From Bispira polyomma (Eukaryota): a DNA stretch of 64,000 nt. Below, piece by piece: positions 51,368 through 63,310 of this stretch; position 1 is the stretch's first letter, and each line of letters begins with the position of its first letter. The stretch spans positions 20,956,001 to 21,020,000 of the forward strand of contig OZ287750.1 in assembly GCA_965649765.1 (NCBI GenBank), in the 5' to 3' direction. The position numbers and the translations under genes are program-made. The notes under the pieces were generated by a model. The model saw only the letters and a program-made list of their open reading frames with translations, ran no database searches and was not told the DNA's origin.

Positions 51368-52369
51368 GCAATCCAGACAAATTTCCAGAACAGAGAGCCG
51401 GATCTGCGTCTTCTCCTGGAAAAAGGCAACAAGATCCTGAATGATGCATCCATGTCCCCAATGTCAGATGTCTCTGACCTCAGTGACACCATGGATACCA
51501 TTAGGTCAGAGCAGCGCAAGTTCAAGGACAAACTGCGCGAGCGAAGCGCCCAGCTACAGGCAGCTTCCGGCCATGCCGAGAAGTTCCAGGGTGACCTGAA
51601 TATCCTGCAGAATTGGCTGGATATCCAGGAGGGAAAGCTGTCGGGAGTAGAAGTGATCTCCACGGATCCAGAGGTCATTGCTAAACAGAACCGAGAGGTC
51701 CAGGGAATCCAGACCGAGATCTTAAAAAAGAGCCGAGATCATGAGACGTTGAACATTGAGGGTGAGAAGTTGATGCAGGTGACAGACAAAGACCAAGATG
51801 TGATCCGCAAGAAAGTGGATGTAGTGAACGGGAGGTGGGAAGAGTTGTCGACTGGAGTCAGCGAGAGACTACAGCAGTTAGAGGATATACAGCAGAGACT
51901 GAACGAGTTCTCAGAGACATACGAAGACACCAAGGGGAGAATAGAAGGCTTAGAGCAGAGATTGCAGTCCCACAATGCATTGGGACCCGCTGGCAAGGAT
52001 GGCAGACACCTAGACAAGATGGCCATCTTGTTAGACCAGCTTCAGACTCTACAGCCTCAATTAGACTTCCTCTCTGACGTGGTCGACTCGTTCTCACAGG
52101 AGGACTCCACTGATGGTACTGGTAGTGTCAGCGATGTATCGACGTTAAGCGCGGGTCTGAAGGAACTGGAGAATCAGTACCGAGCCATAGAGGACGGGAC
52201 ACAGGACTGGATCGCTCAGATCACGGCTGCCTCTAAGGACGTGGAGGACTTCCAGGGTGTCATCAGGAGCTCAGGGAGCCGGCTGGGTGAGCTGGAGGAG
52301 GAGCTTGAGCAGAAGAGTCCAGTAGGGAGGGATACAGACATGGTACAGGCACAGCTGGATGACATAAAG
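51368..52369 (+). CDS. MACF1: Spectrin-repeat exon
   Basis: ttttacAG|AIQTNFQNREPDL...QNWLDIQE...LDDIK|GTGGGT; 1002 nt. Confidence 0.92.
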
Positions 52370-52686
52370 GTGGGTGTGTGAAGTGGGAAAATCTGTAGCC
52401 CTCCAAAGGCCTATTTATATCTGGTCTCTTGAGGTTAAACTTAAAGGCTTAAAGTAGTTGTAGCACATTGTCAGGAGGGAGTTTTATGTCAGATTATTTA
52501 TAGATTTATATAATTAGAAAAATCCCATCACCGCCCTTACGTGACAAAAGTGACAGTGGCGAAAGTGAAGACATCTAGGTAAAAAATAGACTCAGGTAAA
52601 AAAACACATCCAGAATGGTAAAACTTGGTGCATTTATTTAGTAGCTTAATAAATTTAGTGGCATAAATGCTTCATAGTTTTCTAAA

Positions 52687-52835
52687 TACAGTCAAACCCT
52701 TTAAGTATAACTTTGATAACTCGAATTACTTGGTGAGTAGAAGTTATGTTAAGCACCCATTGCTGTATTGAATTTTTGTTAAGTAGAACAATTTTTATGG
52801 CCTCTTTAGATTCGACTTAAAAGGGTTTCACCGTA
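52687..52835. mobile_element. MITE, related TA-flanked family
   Basis: tacagtcaaaccctttaagt ... acttaaaagggtttcaccgta. Confidence 0.65.
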
Positions 52836-54636
52836 TGTGTAACTCAAGAATACACATTTAAAATATAGTGCTTTGTTATAAGTTTTAATTTTTATGTGGA
52901 GTTACATTTACAATTTTACATTCAAATACTGATTTGTATCAATTGTGAGGGAAAAAATATGTTACATTTAGTTGACACATGTATTATTAATTGTTCTGTC
53001 ATTGACCATGTTTTATATATTATTTCATGTATCTCTTATATATTAGAAATAGTTTTTTATTAGTAGAAATACTTTGATGCATAAATTATAGGCTTTAATG
53101 AACTGTACACACACACTTCTATGAGAAAAAGTTGGTCTCCACCTTTAAAACCAAAATGTCCCAAAAAAATCAGCAGGTGGTCAGTATATTGTGTGTCTCC
53201 CACCCAAAACAACTGACCATTATTATGTTTTGTCCATTATAAAGTAATTATATAATAGACAGGGGGGTGACTGAGGGTGGGTGAGGTTGAGTCTCCTTTG
53301 TGTATCCGTGTCATGGTGACAATTGCAGGACTGGCATGTATGTAATGGTCACTAATGAGCTGAAACAACATCTTTATTTATATTAAGTCATTGTGTGTGT
53401 AATTAGATAAAATAAGACAGAATAGAACAAAGGTTTGATCAAAATCTTATTTATATAGGTGTATATAGTCTTGAGACTCTTCTGGGTGGGCCATTTCTTT
53501 GGGATTTTTCTATGACCTGTGACAAAATAGGATATCTGATTTTCAGATATTCTATTGTGTGTAAGGAGTGTTTAGGTTTTGAAACATTGGTGATGTAAGG
53601 GAAGCTCTTATGGAGTAAAAACTGTTGATGTTTAAAGTTTTAATTGATGGGTATTAGTTAAAGGGATTTTAAGCAAAAAGGGAATTACATGGGGGAAAAA
53701 AACGGGTGGTCATTAATACCTTGATCAAGGAGTTGGTAAACAAGGTGTGGAGAAGATATAATCTGGTTGTTTGTATTGAGAGAAACAGTGGGGCATATAT
53801 ATACTTCCCTCTTGTAGTATTTGTGGGCATAAAATAGGATTATGGAGTTATAACCACTCTGTATGTGTAAAGGGGGCACACCACTTTAGTCCAGTCATGT
53901 TCAACTGTGAATTTTTTGTTCTGTTCAAAAAGGACCAAAAAAAAATGGGCCAAATGTAGCATGACTAATTGAGAAGGGATAAATCAAATATGAACCAGCT
54001 GGCTTGGAATTTTATGTGGAGATGGTTTAGTTTAACGTCACAGAAGGAGTCGTAGTTTGAAGTGAGGAATTCTCATCTAGAGGGAGTTTTTGTGGATTTC
54101 AACTCTGCTTTTCAGAATTCTCAGCTCAATTTTGGGAGATGGCTTGTAAAACTGTCACATTAACAAGACTATAATGTTCAAGTTTTATTAAAGTGTAGGT
54201 AGCTGCAACCTTTAACAAAGAAAGAGACTATATAGAGACATTATAAATAGAAAGACTATAATTCTAAATTTATTAAAGCATAGCTGGCTACAACATTTAC
54301 TTTTAAAAACTACAAACAGCCATGATAATACAATGAAAATATTAAACCAAGAAGTTTAATTGTGGAAACGCTATATATATGTGTGTGTGAGAAAAATTAC
54401 TCAAGTGATGTGTATATTCTAAAACAACTGTGATATAGTTCTGTGATAAAATATAAAAATATAATTAAAAATACCGTTAAAAACAGGAAAGAAAAACCAA
54501 AACCAAGTATATATATAACAGTACACAAGAAGAGACTATAATGGCATTTTTATTGCAAGCTCTTGGTGACCTGTTTCTGGCTGGCGTGTATAGCGTGTTG
54601 GTCCACTTAGTACAGGTTATGATTGATGTGTTACAG

Positions 54637-54750
54637 AGCTTTCTGGGACAGTTAAGTGAGAGGAGGGACAGCGTGGAGAACTTACAGAGACAGAGTGAAG
54701 AGCTCACAGACAATGGGTACATGTCAGATACAGATCCCTGTCAGCAACAG
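54637..54750 (+). CDS. MACF1: Spectrin-repeat exon
   Basis: SFLGQLSERRDSVENLQRQSEELTDNG...QQQ|GTAAAT; 114 nt. Confidence 0.85.
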
Positions 54751-55253
54751 GTAAATACGTGTCATGTTTTACACTGCATTATGTCAGTTAACAAACCAGA
54801 AAATCTCTTATTTAAGTAGTTTTCAGTTTAATTAATTTTCAGTAGAATTTTATTTACCGCTAAACCGGAAGTGGCATTTTGATTGCAAGCAGGAAAAAGT
54901 ACTAGAAGTCTCGATACAAAGTCTCAAAACAAATTACATCTACCGTTGGGGCGGAATCTGAAAAGGATCTATCAAAATTGATCGATATTTTCCTCAAATT
55001 TTTAAACAATATTGATAGTGTATTTTTAAATGTTAATATGCAGGAAGTATATGGTATCATTGTGTAATATACATCTAAAATGATGTAATTGTTCATCACA
55101 CGTATAAATATTGTAAAGTTTGGAATGACCTATAAGCCCTCTTGTGAGCTGGATGTTACAATTGTTGTTTTTGTTGTGAAATACAATAAAGGAATTAAAT
55201 ACATTAAAATGATAAAATGAATAAAGAGAAATAAATATATTTCTACTTAAAAG

Positions 55254-55466
55254 ATCGAGGGCCTCAAAAAGCAGCACACAAAACTATCAGAAAAGGCCAA
55301 CCGCCGATTAGATGACCTTCACACGACCTTGCAGAAGCTGCAGAAGTTTGAGGAGTCGTCAGTGGCTGTGAGAGAGAACCTTGAGAGATGTATTGACGTC
55401 GTAAGTGAAGAGAGGCCGCTAGGGGGAGATGTAGAGAGCATTAAACAGCAGCAAGAAGAGTTCAGG
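55254..55466 (+). CDS. MACF1: Spectrin-repeat exon
   Basis: IEGLKKQHTKLSEKANRRLDDL...PLGGDVESIKQQQEEFR|GTGAGA; 213 nt. Confidence 0.87.
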
Positions 55467-55915
55467 GTGAGATATTTATATCAACAGAGAGATTTGTAGG
55501 GGAAAATGTAGAGAGTATTAAACAGCAACAGGAAGAATTCAAGGTGATGTGTTTGTGTAGAGAGGGATTTGTAGGAAGAGGAGATGTAGAGAGCATTAAA
55601 CAGCAGCAGGAATAGTTCAAGGCGAGATATTTATATAAAGACTTGTTGGGGGAGATGTAGAGAGCATTAAACAGCAAGATGAAGAGTTTAAGGTGAGATA
55701 GATTTGTAGAGAGGGGAGATGTAGATAGCATTAAACAGCAGCAGGAAGAGTTTAAGGTGAGATATTTATATAGAGGAAAACTTGTAGGGGCGGATGAAAA
55801 GAGCATTAAACAGCAGTGGGAAGACTTCAAGGTGAGATATTTATATGAAAGAGAGATTTGTAGGGGGGATGTAAAGAGTATTAAACAGCAGCAGGAAGAG
55901 TTTAAGGTGAGGTAC
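55420..55915 (+). repeat. Exon-end/donor tandem array, 64-78-nt unit, original plus 6 copies
   Basis: ggagatgtagagagcattaaacagcagcaggaagagtt(c/t)aag|gtgaga; donors 55467, 55544, 55622 (GC), 55693, 55757, 55832, 55907. Confidence 0.93.
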
Positions 55916-56222
55916 ATTGTATTTATATACTTTATATACAGTAATACAGAACCCTTCATTATATAAACTTCTGTTATCTAAATGCCGTATTAATTTTAAC
56001 AGTAAAACCGTAAAATATTAGTAATTGTTTCATTCTTGTGGATGTAAAATAGAGATAAATGGATAATTGATTGAAATCTCAAAAATCTCACTTAATCATT
56101 TCAGGACATTTTTTATTGTGCTGCTATTGTCTTTGATGAACATGAAAAAGTTTTCCTACTTAAGAAATTGTAAAACCTTTAGGACAATTGCTTACATTTC
56201 ATATTGGTATTTGTATTTGTAG

Positions 56223-56384
56223 CACTTGCAGAGAGACAGCGTGGAACCCCTGCAGAGGAGTGTGGAGTCTGTCAATAAGTCTGGACAGAACCTGATCCAG
56301 ACAGCCTCCCAGGGTGTGAGTACTGTGCAGCTAGAGGAGGAGCTAGAGGATATCAATGAACGCTGGGCTCATGTCAACCAAAAG
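56223..56384 (+). CDS. MACF1: Spectrin-repeat exon
   Basis: HLQRDSVEPLQRSVESVNKSGQNLIQTASQGVST...NERWAHVNQK|GTATGA; 162 nt. Confidence 0.9.
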
Positions 56385-57135
56385 GTATGATAACTGTAAG
56401 GTTTTAACGAGCACTGGGCTCACGTCAACCAAAAGGTATAGTACAGGAAGTACTGTGTAGGGTGAAATATTAGGTGTTAAATATCAATGAGTGCTGGGCT
56501 CATGTCAACCAAAAGGTATGTTAGCTGTTAGGTTTTAATGAGGGCTGGACTCATGTCAACCAAAAGGTATGATAACTGTAAGGTTTTAATGAGCGCTGGG
56601 CTCACGTCAACCAAAAGGTATGATAACTGTAAGGTTTTAATGAGCGCTGGGCTCACGTCAACTAAAAGGTATAGTACAGGAAGTACTGTGTAGGGTGAAA
56701 TATTAGGTGTTAAATATCAATGAGTGCTGGGCTCATGCCAACCAAAAGGTATGTTAGCTGTTAGGTTTTAATGAGGGCTGGGTTCATGTCAACCAAAAGG
56801 TATGATAACTGTAAGGTTTTAATGAGCGCTGGGCTCACGTCAACCAAAAGGTATGATAACTGTAAGGTTTTAATGAGCGCTGGACTCACGTCAACTAAAA
56901 GGTATAGTACAGGAAGTACTGTGTAGGGTGAAATATTAGGTGTTAAATATCAATGAGTGCTGGGCTCATGTCAACCAAAAGGTATGTTAGCTGTAAGGTT
57001 TTAATGAGCACTAGGCTCATGTTAACCAAAAGGTATAGTACAGGAAGTACTGTATATAGGGTGAATATTGGGTGTAAGGTAACAATGAGCGGTGAGCTCA
57101 TTTCAACAAAAAGGTAAAGTACGGAAACTACTGTA
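56318..57135 (+). repeat. Exon-end/donor tandem array, 51/80-nt units with 233-nt higher-order period, original plus 12 copies
   Basis: aatgagcgctgggctca(c/t)gtcaaccaaaag|gtat; GT at 56385, 56436, 56516, 56567, 56618, 56669, 56749, 56800, 56851, 56902, 56982, 57033, 57114. Confidence 0.95.
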
Positions 57136-57514
57136 TTAGTTGAGAATTTTAACGGGAAGAAAATTTTACTAATTTACAATTATTAAGAAATTCACTAGAA
57201 TTTATTTTTATTTTTTATTGCATAAAAAAGAATTTACCTCATCCTAACAGACACTACAGTTAATGGCCGTCAACTGAACCACGGTCATATAGGAGAAAAG
57301 GCTGTCACCCTAAAACTCGGCCCTGGCATGTAGGGGAGAAAGTTGGCAGCAGACAGTAGCTAAAGGCTAGTGGTTGGCAGAACAGAAAATCTTCTCCAAC
57401 TACCCCCTGCACTGATTTCTTACATCAGTCAACTGCCCGTCATGATTTCACAGAAGACCTGTTAAAAGTGACTTTATAAAGGCAAAACTAAATTTGTTTC
57501 TGTTGTATTTCTAG

Positions 57515-57685
57515 CTGACAGAGAGGGAGCGTGTGTTAGACACAGCTCTGTTACAGTCGGGTAAATTCAAGGAGGCACTGGTGTCTTTGCTGGAGTGGAT
57601 GGGTGACACTGAGGGATTGGTGGAGAGTCTGAGAGCTCCCTCTACTGACTACAAAGTACTGAAAACACAGCTACAGGAGCAGAAA
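57515..57685 (+). CDS. MACF1: Spectrin-repeat exon
   Basis: LTERERVLDTALLQSGKFKEALVSLLEWMGDTE...QLQEQK|GTAAGT; 171 nt. Confidence 0.92.
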
Positions 57686-57982
57686 GTAAGTACAGTACGG
57701 TAGTAAAGAAGTAAATATCGCAAAATTTATTGATTATAATATGTACCTGGAAAGTGAAAATAATTTGACTGGAAAAGTCATGGATTTTTTTTTCTTCAGT
57801 ATCTATGATCCCTGTTGAGTAGTCAGTACAGTAGGACCTCTGTTATCTGAACTACTTGGGGGGTTGATAGTTTGTTTGAGTATTCATGTAATATAAGACA
57901 CTAGGAAAAATATAAAAGTGGAATTGATAAAATCAAATATTGTGATACTCTTGTGTGAAGTGTGATCGTTCTATGTTTGTAG

Positions 57983-58177
57983 TTTCTACAAAAGATGTTG
58001 GAAGACCGCGAACCATCTGTGGCATCGGTTCGTTCTATCGGTGCCGAGCTGACGAGTCAGGCTGATGAGATGGAGAAACAACAGGTAGAGGGTCAGTTAA
58101 CTGACCTCCTGCAGAGGTGGGACAAACTGTGTGGGTTTGCTGAGACAAGGCAGCAGAGACTGGAGGCGGCCGCTCAG
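57983..58177 (+). CDS. MACF1: Spectrin-repeat exon
   Basis: FLQKMLEDREPSV...LQRWDKLC...EAAAQ|GTGAGA; 195 nt. Confidence 0.9.
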
Positions 58178-58920
58178 GTGAGAGGATGTGTGTGTAGATG
58201 TGTGTGCGAGTGTCTGTCTGTGTGTCAATGGGGTAATACGCATAAAATAAAGTCTATTTCAGTAATTTACGTGGTAACGGTCACCATGAAAACAAAAGAA
58301 TACAAACCTCAAAGTCCTAAACAGTGGCCATGAAGGTTTAATACAGCTAATAACCAAGAGTTTATGGGATGGATCTGCAATAAAACTGGATTAAATATTA
58401 AATTGACCAATCCAACAAAAATATTGGGCATATATGAATATGATACAAATTATTGGGTGAAGGGAGAGGTCATACTGAGTGCAATGTATGACAAAATATA
58501 CCCACAAACAAAGGTTGATGCCAAGTGGTGCTAAAGTGTGTTATTTGAATATCCAGAACAATTCAAGTCTTCTTCTCTTTGTCATGTTCTCGCATTAAAA
58601 TTTTAGTGTACACCATTATAGTACATTAAATTGCATATGGTTATGATTATCAGAATTAAAATGCCTAGAGACAGGTGTACTCTTAGCAGATGTGGGATTA
58701 ATTTCTGATACTCTATGTTCATAAATTCTTTTTCTAAATTTTCTAAAAGATACAAACTATTAGCCTTGAAATATGATTCTACTGGTAACAATAAAAATTA
58801 CATTTACACATGTATGCAAAAAATATTATATCAGAAAAACTAAGTGAAAATGTTTTAATAAGAGGTGGGCTCTTTGGAGTTTATGGGGGAGCTAATCCAG
58901 TTGTTGTTTGTGTCCACCAG

Positions 58921-59361
58921 GTGGCCAGAGATTTCCAGGAGAAAGTACAGCCATTTTCTGAGTGGCTGGACACCACGGAGAAGAAAATGACCAGTCTGGA
59001 CAACATGGCTGCCGACACGACCCAGATAGAGAGCCAGATGGGTGAGCAGTATGAACTGACCGCAGACGTTAGCAACCACAAGGCCGATCTTGATGAAATC
59101 GTTGTGACGGGACAGGAGCTGTCCAATCATTGCCAAGGGGAGGACGTGGCTAAGTTACACGACAAGATGGACGATTTCAAGGAGAGGTTTGACCGGCTCA
59201 GTAACCACAGTGAAGAGAGACTGGGCCAACTGGAGACTGCGCTGCCTGTCGCACAGCGTTTCCATGACAGCCGCGATCAGCTGAGTGAGAGGCTGCAACA
59301 GATTGAGGCGGAGCTTCGAGGAAAGGAAGCCCTGGGGATGGAAGGAGAACAGCAGGCACAG
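58921..59361 (+). CDS. MACF1: Spectrin-repeat exon
   Basis: VARDFQEKVQPFSEWLDTTEKK...GEQQAQ|GTAGGT; 441 nt. Confidence 0.9.
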
Positions 59362-60518
59362 GTAGGTGTTAATGGGTTGAAGAGGTGGAGCTTAGTGGGA
59401 AGGAAGAAGAATAGTAGGTACAGATGGGTGTTAAGGGGTTAAAGAGGCAGAGCCTATAGGGACAGAAGGAGAACAGTAGGCACAGTTGGATGTTAAGAGG
59501 TTAAAGAGGCGGAGCTTAGAGGGAAGAAAGGAGAATAGTAGGCACAGTTGGGTGCTAATGGGTTAAAGAGGCGGAGCTTAGAGGGAAGAAAGGAGAACAG
59601 TAGGCACAGGTGGGTGTTAAGGGGTTAAACAGGCGGAGCTCAGAGGGAAGGAAGGAGAACAGCAGACACAGGTGGGGGTTAAGAGTGTTAAATGAGCGGC
59701 ACTTAGAGGGAAGGAAGGAGGACAGCAGACACAGGTGGGTGTTAAGGGCTTATAGAGGCGGAGCTTAGAGGGAAGGAAAGGAGAACAGAAGACACAGGTG
59801 GGTGTTAAGGGGTTAAAGAGGGGGAGCTTAGTGGGAAGGAAGAAGGACAGCAGACACAGGTGGGGGTTAAGAGTGTTAAATGAGCGGCACTTAGAGGGAA
59901 GGAAGGAGGACAGCAGACACAGGTGGGTGTTAAGGGGTTAAAGAGGCGGAGCTTAGAGGGAAGGAAAGGAGAACAGAAGGCACAGGTGGGGGTTAAAGGG
60001 TTAAAGAGGGGGAGCTTAGTGGGAAGGAAGGAGGACAGCAGACACAGGTGGGGGTTAAGGGGTTAAAGAGGCGGAGCTTAGAGGGAAGGAAGGAGGACAG
60101 CAGACACAGGTGGGGGTTAAGAGGGTTAAAGAGGCGGAGCTTAGAGGGAAGGAAGGAGGACAGCAGACACAGGTGGGTGTTAAGGGGTTAAAGAGGCGGA
60201 GCTTAGAGGGAAGGAAAGGAGAACAGAAGGCACAGGTGGGTGTTAAGGGGTTAAAGAGGGGGAGCTTAGTGGGAAGGAAGGAGGACAGCAGACACAGGTG
60301 GGGGTTAAGGGGTTAAAGAGGCGGAGCTTAGAGGGAAGGAAGGAGGACAGACACAGGTGGGGGTTAAGGGGTTAAAGAGGCGGAGCTTAGAGGGAAGGAA
60401 GGAGGACAGACACAGGTGGGGGTTAAGGGGTTAAAGAGGCGGAGCTTAGAGGGAAGGAAGGAGGACAGACACAGGTGGGGGTTAAGGGGTTAAAGAGGCG
60501 GAGCTTAGAGGGAAGAAG
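59305..60518 (+). repeat. Exon-end/donor tandem array, ~58-nt G-rich unit, ~20 copies
   Basis: gaggcggagcttagagggaaggaaggaggacagcagacacag|gtgggggttaaggggttaaa, derived from exon end gaggcggagcttcgaggaaagg...ggagaacagcaggcacag|gtaggt. Confidence 0.95.
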
Positions 60519-60748
60519 GTCGTGTACATATTTATATGAAAATCTTCAACTTGTTAGTATACAGTTTAAATATGCTGCCATTTATGTACAACACCATTTA
60601 TATCCACTGTGTAGTACAGTAAAGGCAATATGTATAAATTGTACAATTTACAAATAAGCTATAACAAGTTAACAAGTAGAATTGGATAAGAATACACTAC
60701 ACTTTTTGACAGTAGTAATGAACATTGTTGTTGTTGCTGTAATTACAG

Positions 60749-60955
60749 AAGCTGGAAAGTCTGTTGGAGGAATGCCAGCCACTGTTTGTGTCTGTCAATG
60801 AACACGGCTCCCGACTTAGTGAGATGACGCCAGGCGTGGGGGCAAGCAGAGTGGACGAGTTAATGGACAAAGACAGCAGGAAGTTCAATACACTCAGTGA
60901 CAAGGTCAAGGACAGGACAAACAAGGTCAAGTTACAGAGGAAAAAATCCACAGAG
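60749..60955 (+). CDS. MACF1: Spectrin-repeat exon
   Basis: KLESLLEECQPLFVSVNEHGSRLSEMTPG...KSTE|GTAGGA; 207 nt. Confidence 0.88.
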
Positions 60956-61865
60956 GTAGGAATATTATGACCTGGTTTCCATACAAGAGTCAAAAGAAAC
61001 ACCATTCATACATGTAATGTGTGCACATCAAATTTGTTTGCTCCTTATACTGTTACTTTTTATCCTTATACTCTATACATGGGTGTACATTGTGTGTATC
61101 TGGCACAAGTCACTTCCTCAATCACTGACCTCATACCAAGTTTGGTTTGAATCCTGTTCATTCCTTCATGTGGGAAAGTTCGTCAAGTACTTGCCGCAAG
61201 TTCAAATCACTTCTGTAACGATTTTTCACAGATTATAGATGCCGGAAAACTGTAACATAAGTTGGTTGATTTGGTGTCACAATTTGCAGCCAGCTTAAGA
61301 CACAAGAAAATGCTAAAAGAATTATAAAAAATTAGAATAAAAGATAGTTATTCCTTAAAAAATATCTGTTATACAATAAATGATGTATCAACTTATTGAC
61401 GTGTATGGAAACAGTGATATGATATTGTGGTTGTTGTTTTTTTGTGCCAGATTGTGGATAAGTCCTTTGTACTCTGTTGTTTGACTCACAATTTGAGATT
61501 TTCTCTGTTATCATTTTGTCTCTTTTTTTTGTGTAACCACAGTAGTTGTATCCCCTTGTGTATGTGCATCAGTTATTTTGGGTAAGTATCTATTTTAGCA
61601 TGATCATTAAAAAGTTGGCTTCTGCATAGAAGTGTTAATGTATTGTCACTAGTAACTCACTAGATTGGCAGTAATTCATTTGAAATGTGTAATATTTATA
61701 TGGACTTCACTTGGTCCTTTCCTCAAAATGATGACTAAATCACATCCTCTGTTGAAGACGATATTGCAGCTACAAAAACTTAGATTAAAATATGGACGAT
61801 TCTATTTAATAGCTACAGATGATTAGGTCGGTGTAACAATATGTACATACTCCTGTATTACTCAG

Positions 61866-61985
61866 CTTCTTGGAGATATTGATGACTTAATGGAATGGTT
61901 TGAAGAGACAGAAAAGTCCATTCTAGAAGCCGACCCAGTGAGTTCAGAACCCGAAGTCCTGAGGATTCAGTTGAGGGATCATAAG
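61866..61985 (+). CDS. MACF1: Spectrin-repeat exon
   Basis: LLGDIDDLMEWFEETEKSILEADPVSSEPEVLRIQLRDHK|GTAAAG; 120 nt. Confidence 0.9.
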
Positions 61986-62625
61986 GTAAAGTCGTTATGA
62001 AGTAGAGTTGAAACATTTCAAGTAGAACCTTAAGGGACCAGCAGAAATACCTCTACTAAAGCAGGATTTCCACTTAACAGGGTGGATTAGTAGAACTTCA
62101 GAATTTATCTCTGTATAAATAAAAATTTGACTTCATAGAGTTTGACGGTAAATGGTATTCAATATAAGTACTACATTGTAATAAAAACATTTTGAAAACA
62201 AGAAGTTGAAACAAGATTGTCATTAGTGTATTTACTAAATGTGTTGATCAACATTATGTTTGCTTTCTGTGTGCTATATTGTATTTATAATATTTTATTT
62301 TCATTAATTTGCATTTAAATTCACCATTTTTTGCAAGATTGTGGAGCTGATTGATTAAGTGTACAAGTCTAGTTGAAGATAATCCAGCAATTAAGAAAAC
62401 CATCTTTGGTTGCTTTCTTTTTAGGTGTATTACAGTGTAGGCTACCAGGGCTGGTGTTCACAACGATTTTTTGTCTTTTAAGACTAAGATAATTCTCAGA
62501 ATTATATTTTAAGAATGCCCCAGGCATATAATAAGATTATATAATTGTTTTAAGGTCAATTACATTATATCTGCAAACATGTACTTTACAATGTACCGGT
62601 ATCCAAACAAGACTGGGAAAAAACT

Positions 62626-62985
62626 GTTCACTATAGGGAGGTTCACTATTTAGAGGTGTTTACTATTTGGAGGTGTTAACTATTTGGAGGTGTTGACTAT
62701 TTGAAGGTGTTGACTATTTGAAGGTGTTAACTATTTGGAGGTGTTAATTATTTGGAGGTGTTAACTATAGGGTGGTGTTAACTATAGGGAGGTGTGTACC
62801 ATTTGGAAGAGTTCACTATTTAGAGGTGTTCACTATATGGAGGTGTTAACTATAAGGAGGTGTTAACTATATAGAAGTGTTCACTATGGCATGGTGTTTA
62901 CCATTTGGAAGAGTTCACTATAGGGGGGTGTTCACTATTTTGAGGTGTTTACTATTTCGAGGTGCTCACTATCAGAGGTTGTTAC
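62626..62985 (+). repeat. Intronic ~20-nt minisatellite (ggaggtgttaactattt variants) ending ~20 nt before an acceptor
   Basis: Repeated gaggtgtt(a/c/g)actat motif. Confidence 0.9.
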
Positions 62986-63004
62986 CGTTCTTATTTATTT
63001 ACAG

Positions 63005-63310
63005 ACCGTTGTTGCTGACATCAACACTCAGAAAGGCAAGGCCAGAGACTTGCTGTCTGCTGCCAAGCGAATCCGGCGGGAGTCGTCCATTGATGAGGAT
63101 CCCATGATCCAGGAGAAGCTGGATGCTATGAGGCAGTCCGGAGACTCCCTGGCAAAGCTGAGTGCCGACAGGCTGAGTACCCTGGAGCAAGCCGTACCCC
63201 TGTCTGCCCACTTCAACGAGACCCACAGCGAGCTACTGTCCTGGTTCACAGAAATGGACCAAGAGATCTCGGCACTGGATGAACCCGCACTTAATACAGA
63301 GGAGATCAAA
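63005..63310 (+). CDS. MACF1: Spectrin-repeat exon
   Basis: TVVADINTQKGKARDLLSAAKRIRRE...LLSWFTEMDQE...EEIK|GTGAGT; 306 nt. Confidence 0.9.

Noticed and set aside
55500-55915. Array copies as mutually exclusive mini-exons
   Set aside because: Polypyrimidine tracts are lacking, the first AG-GT unit is 44 nt (frameshifting), and one copy carries an in-frame TAG.
56354-57135. CRISPR-like repeat/spacer appearance
   Set aside because: Spacers are themselves repeated, the repeat is a copy of the adjacent exon end, the context is a eukaryotic intron, and there are no cas genes.
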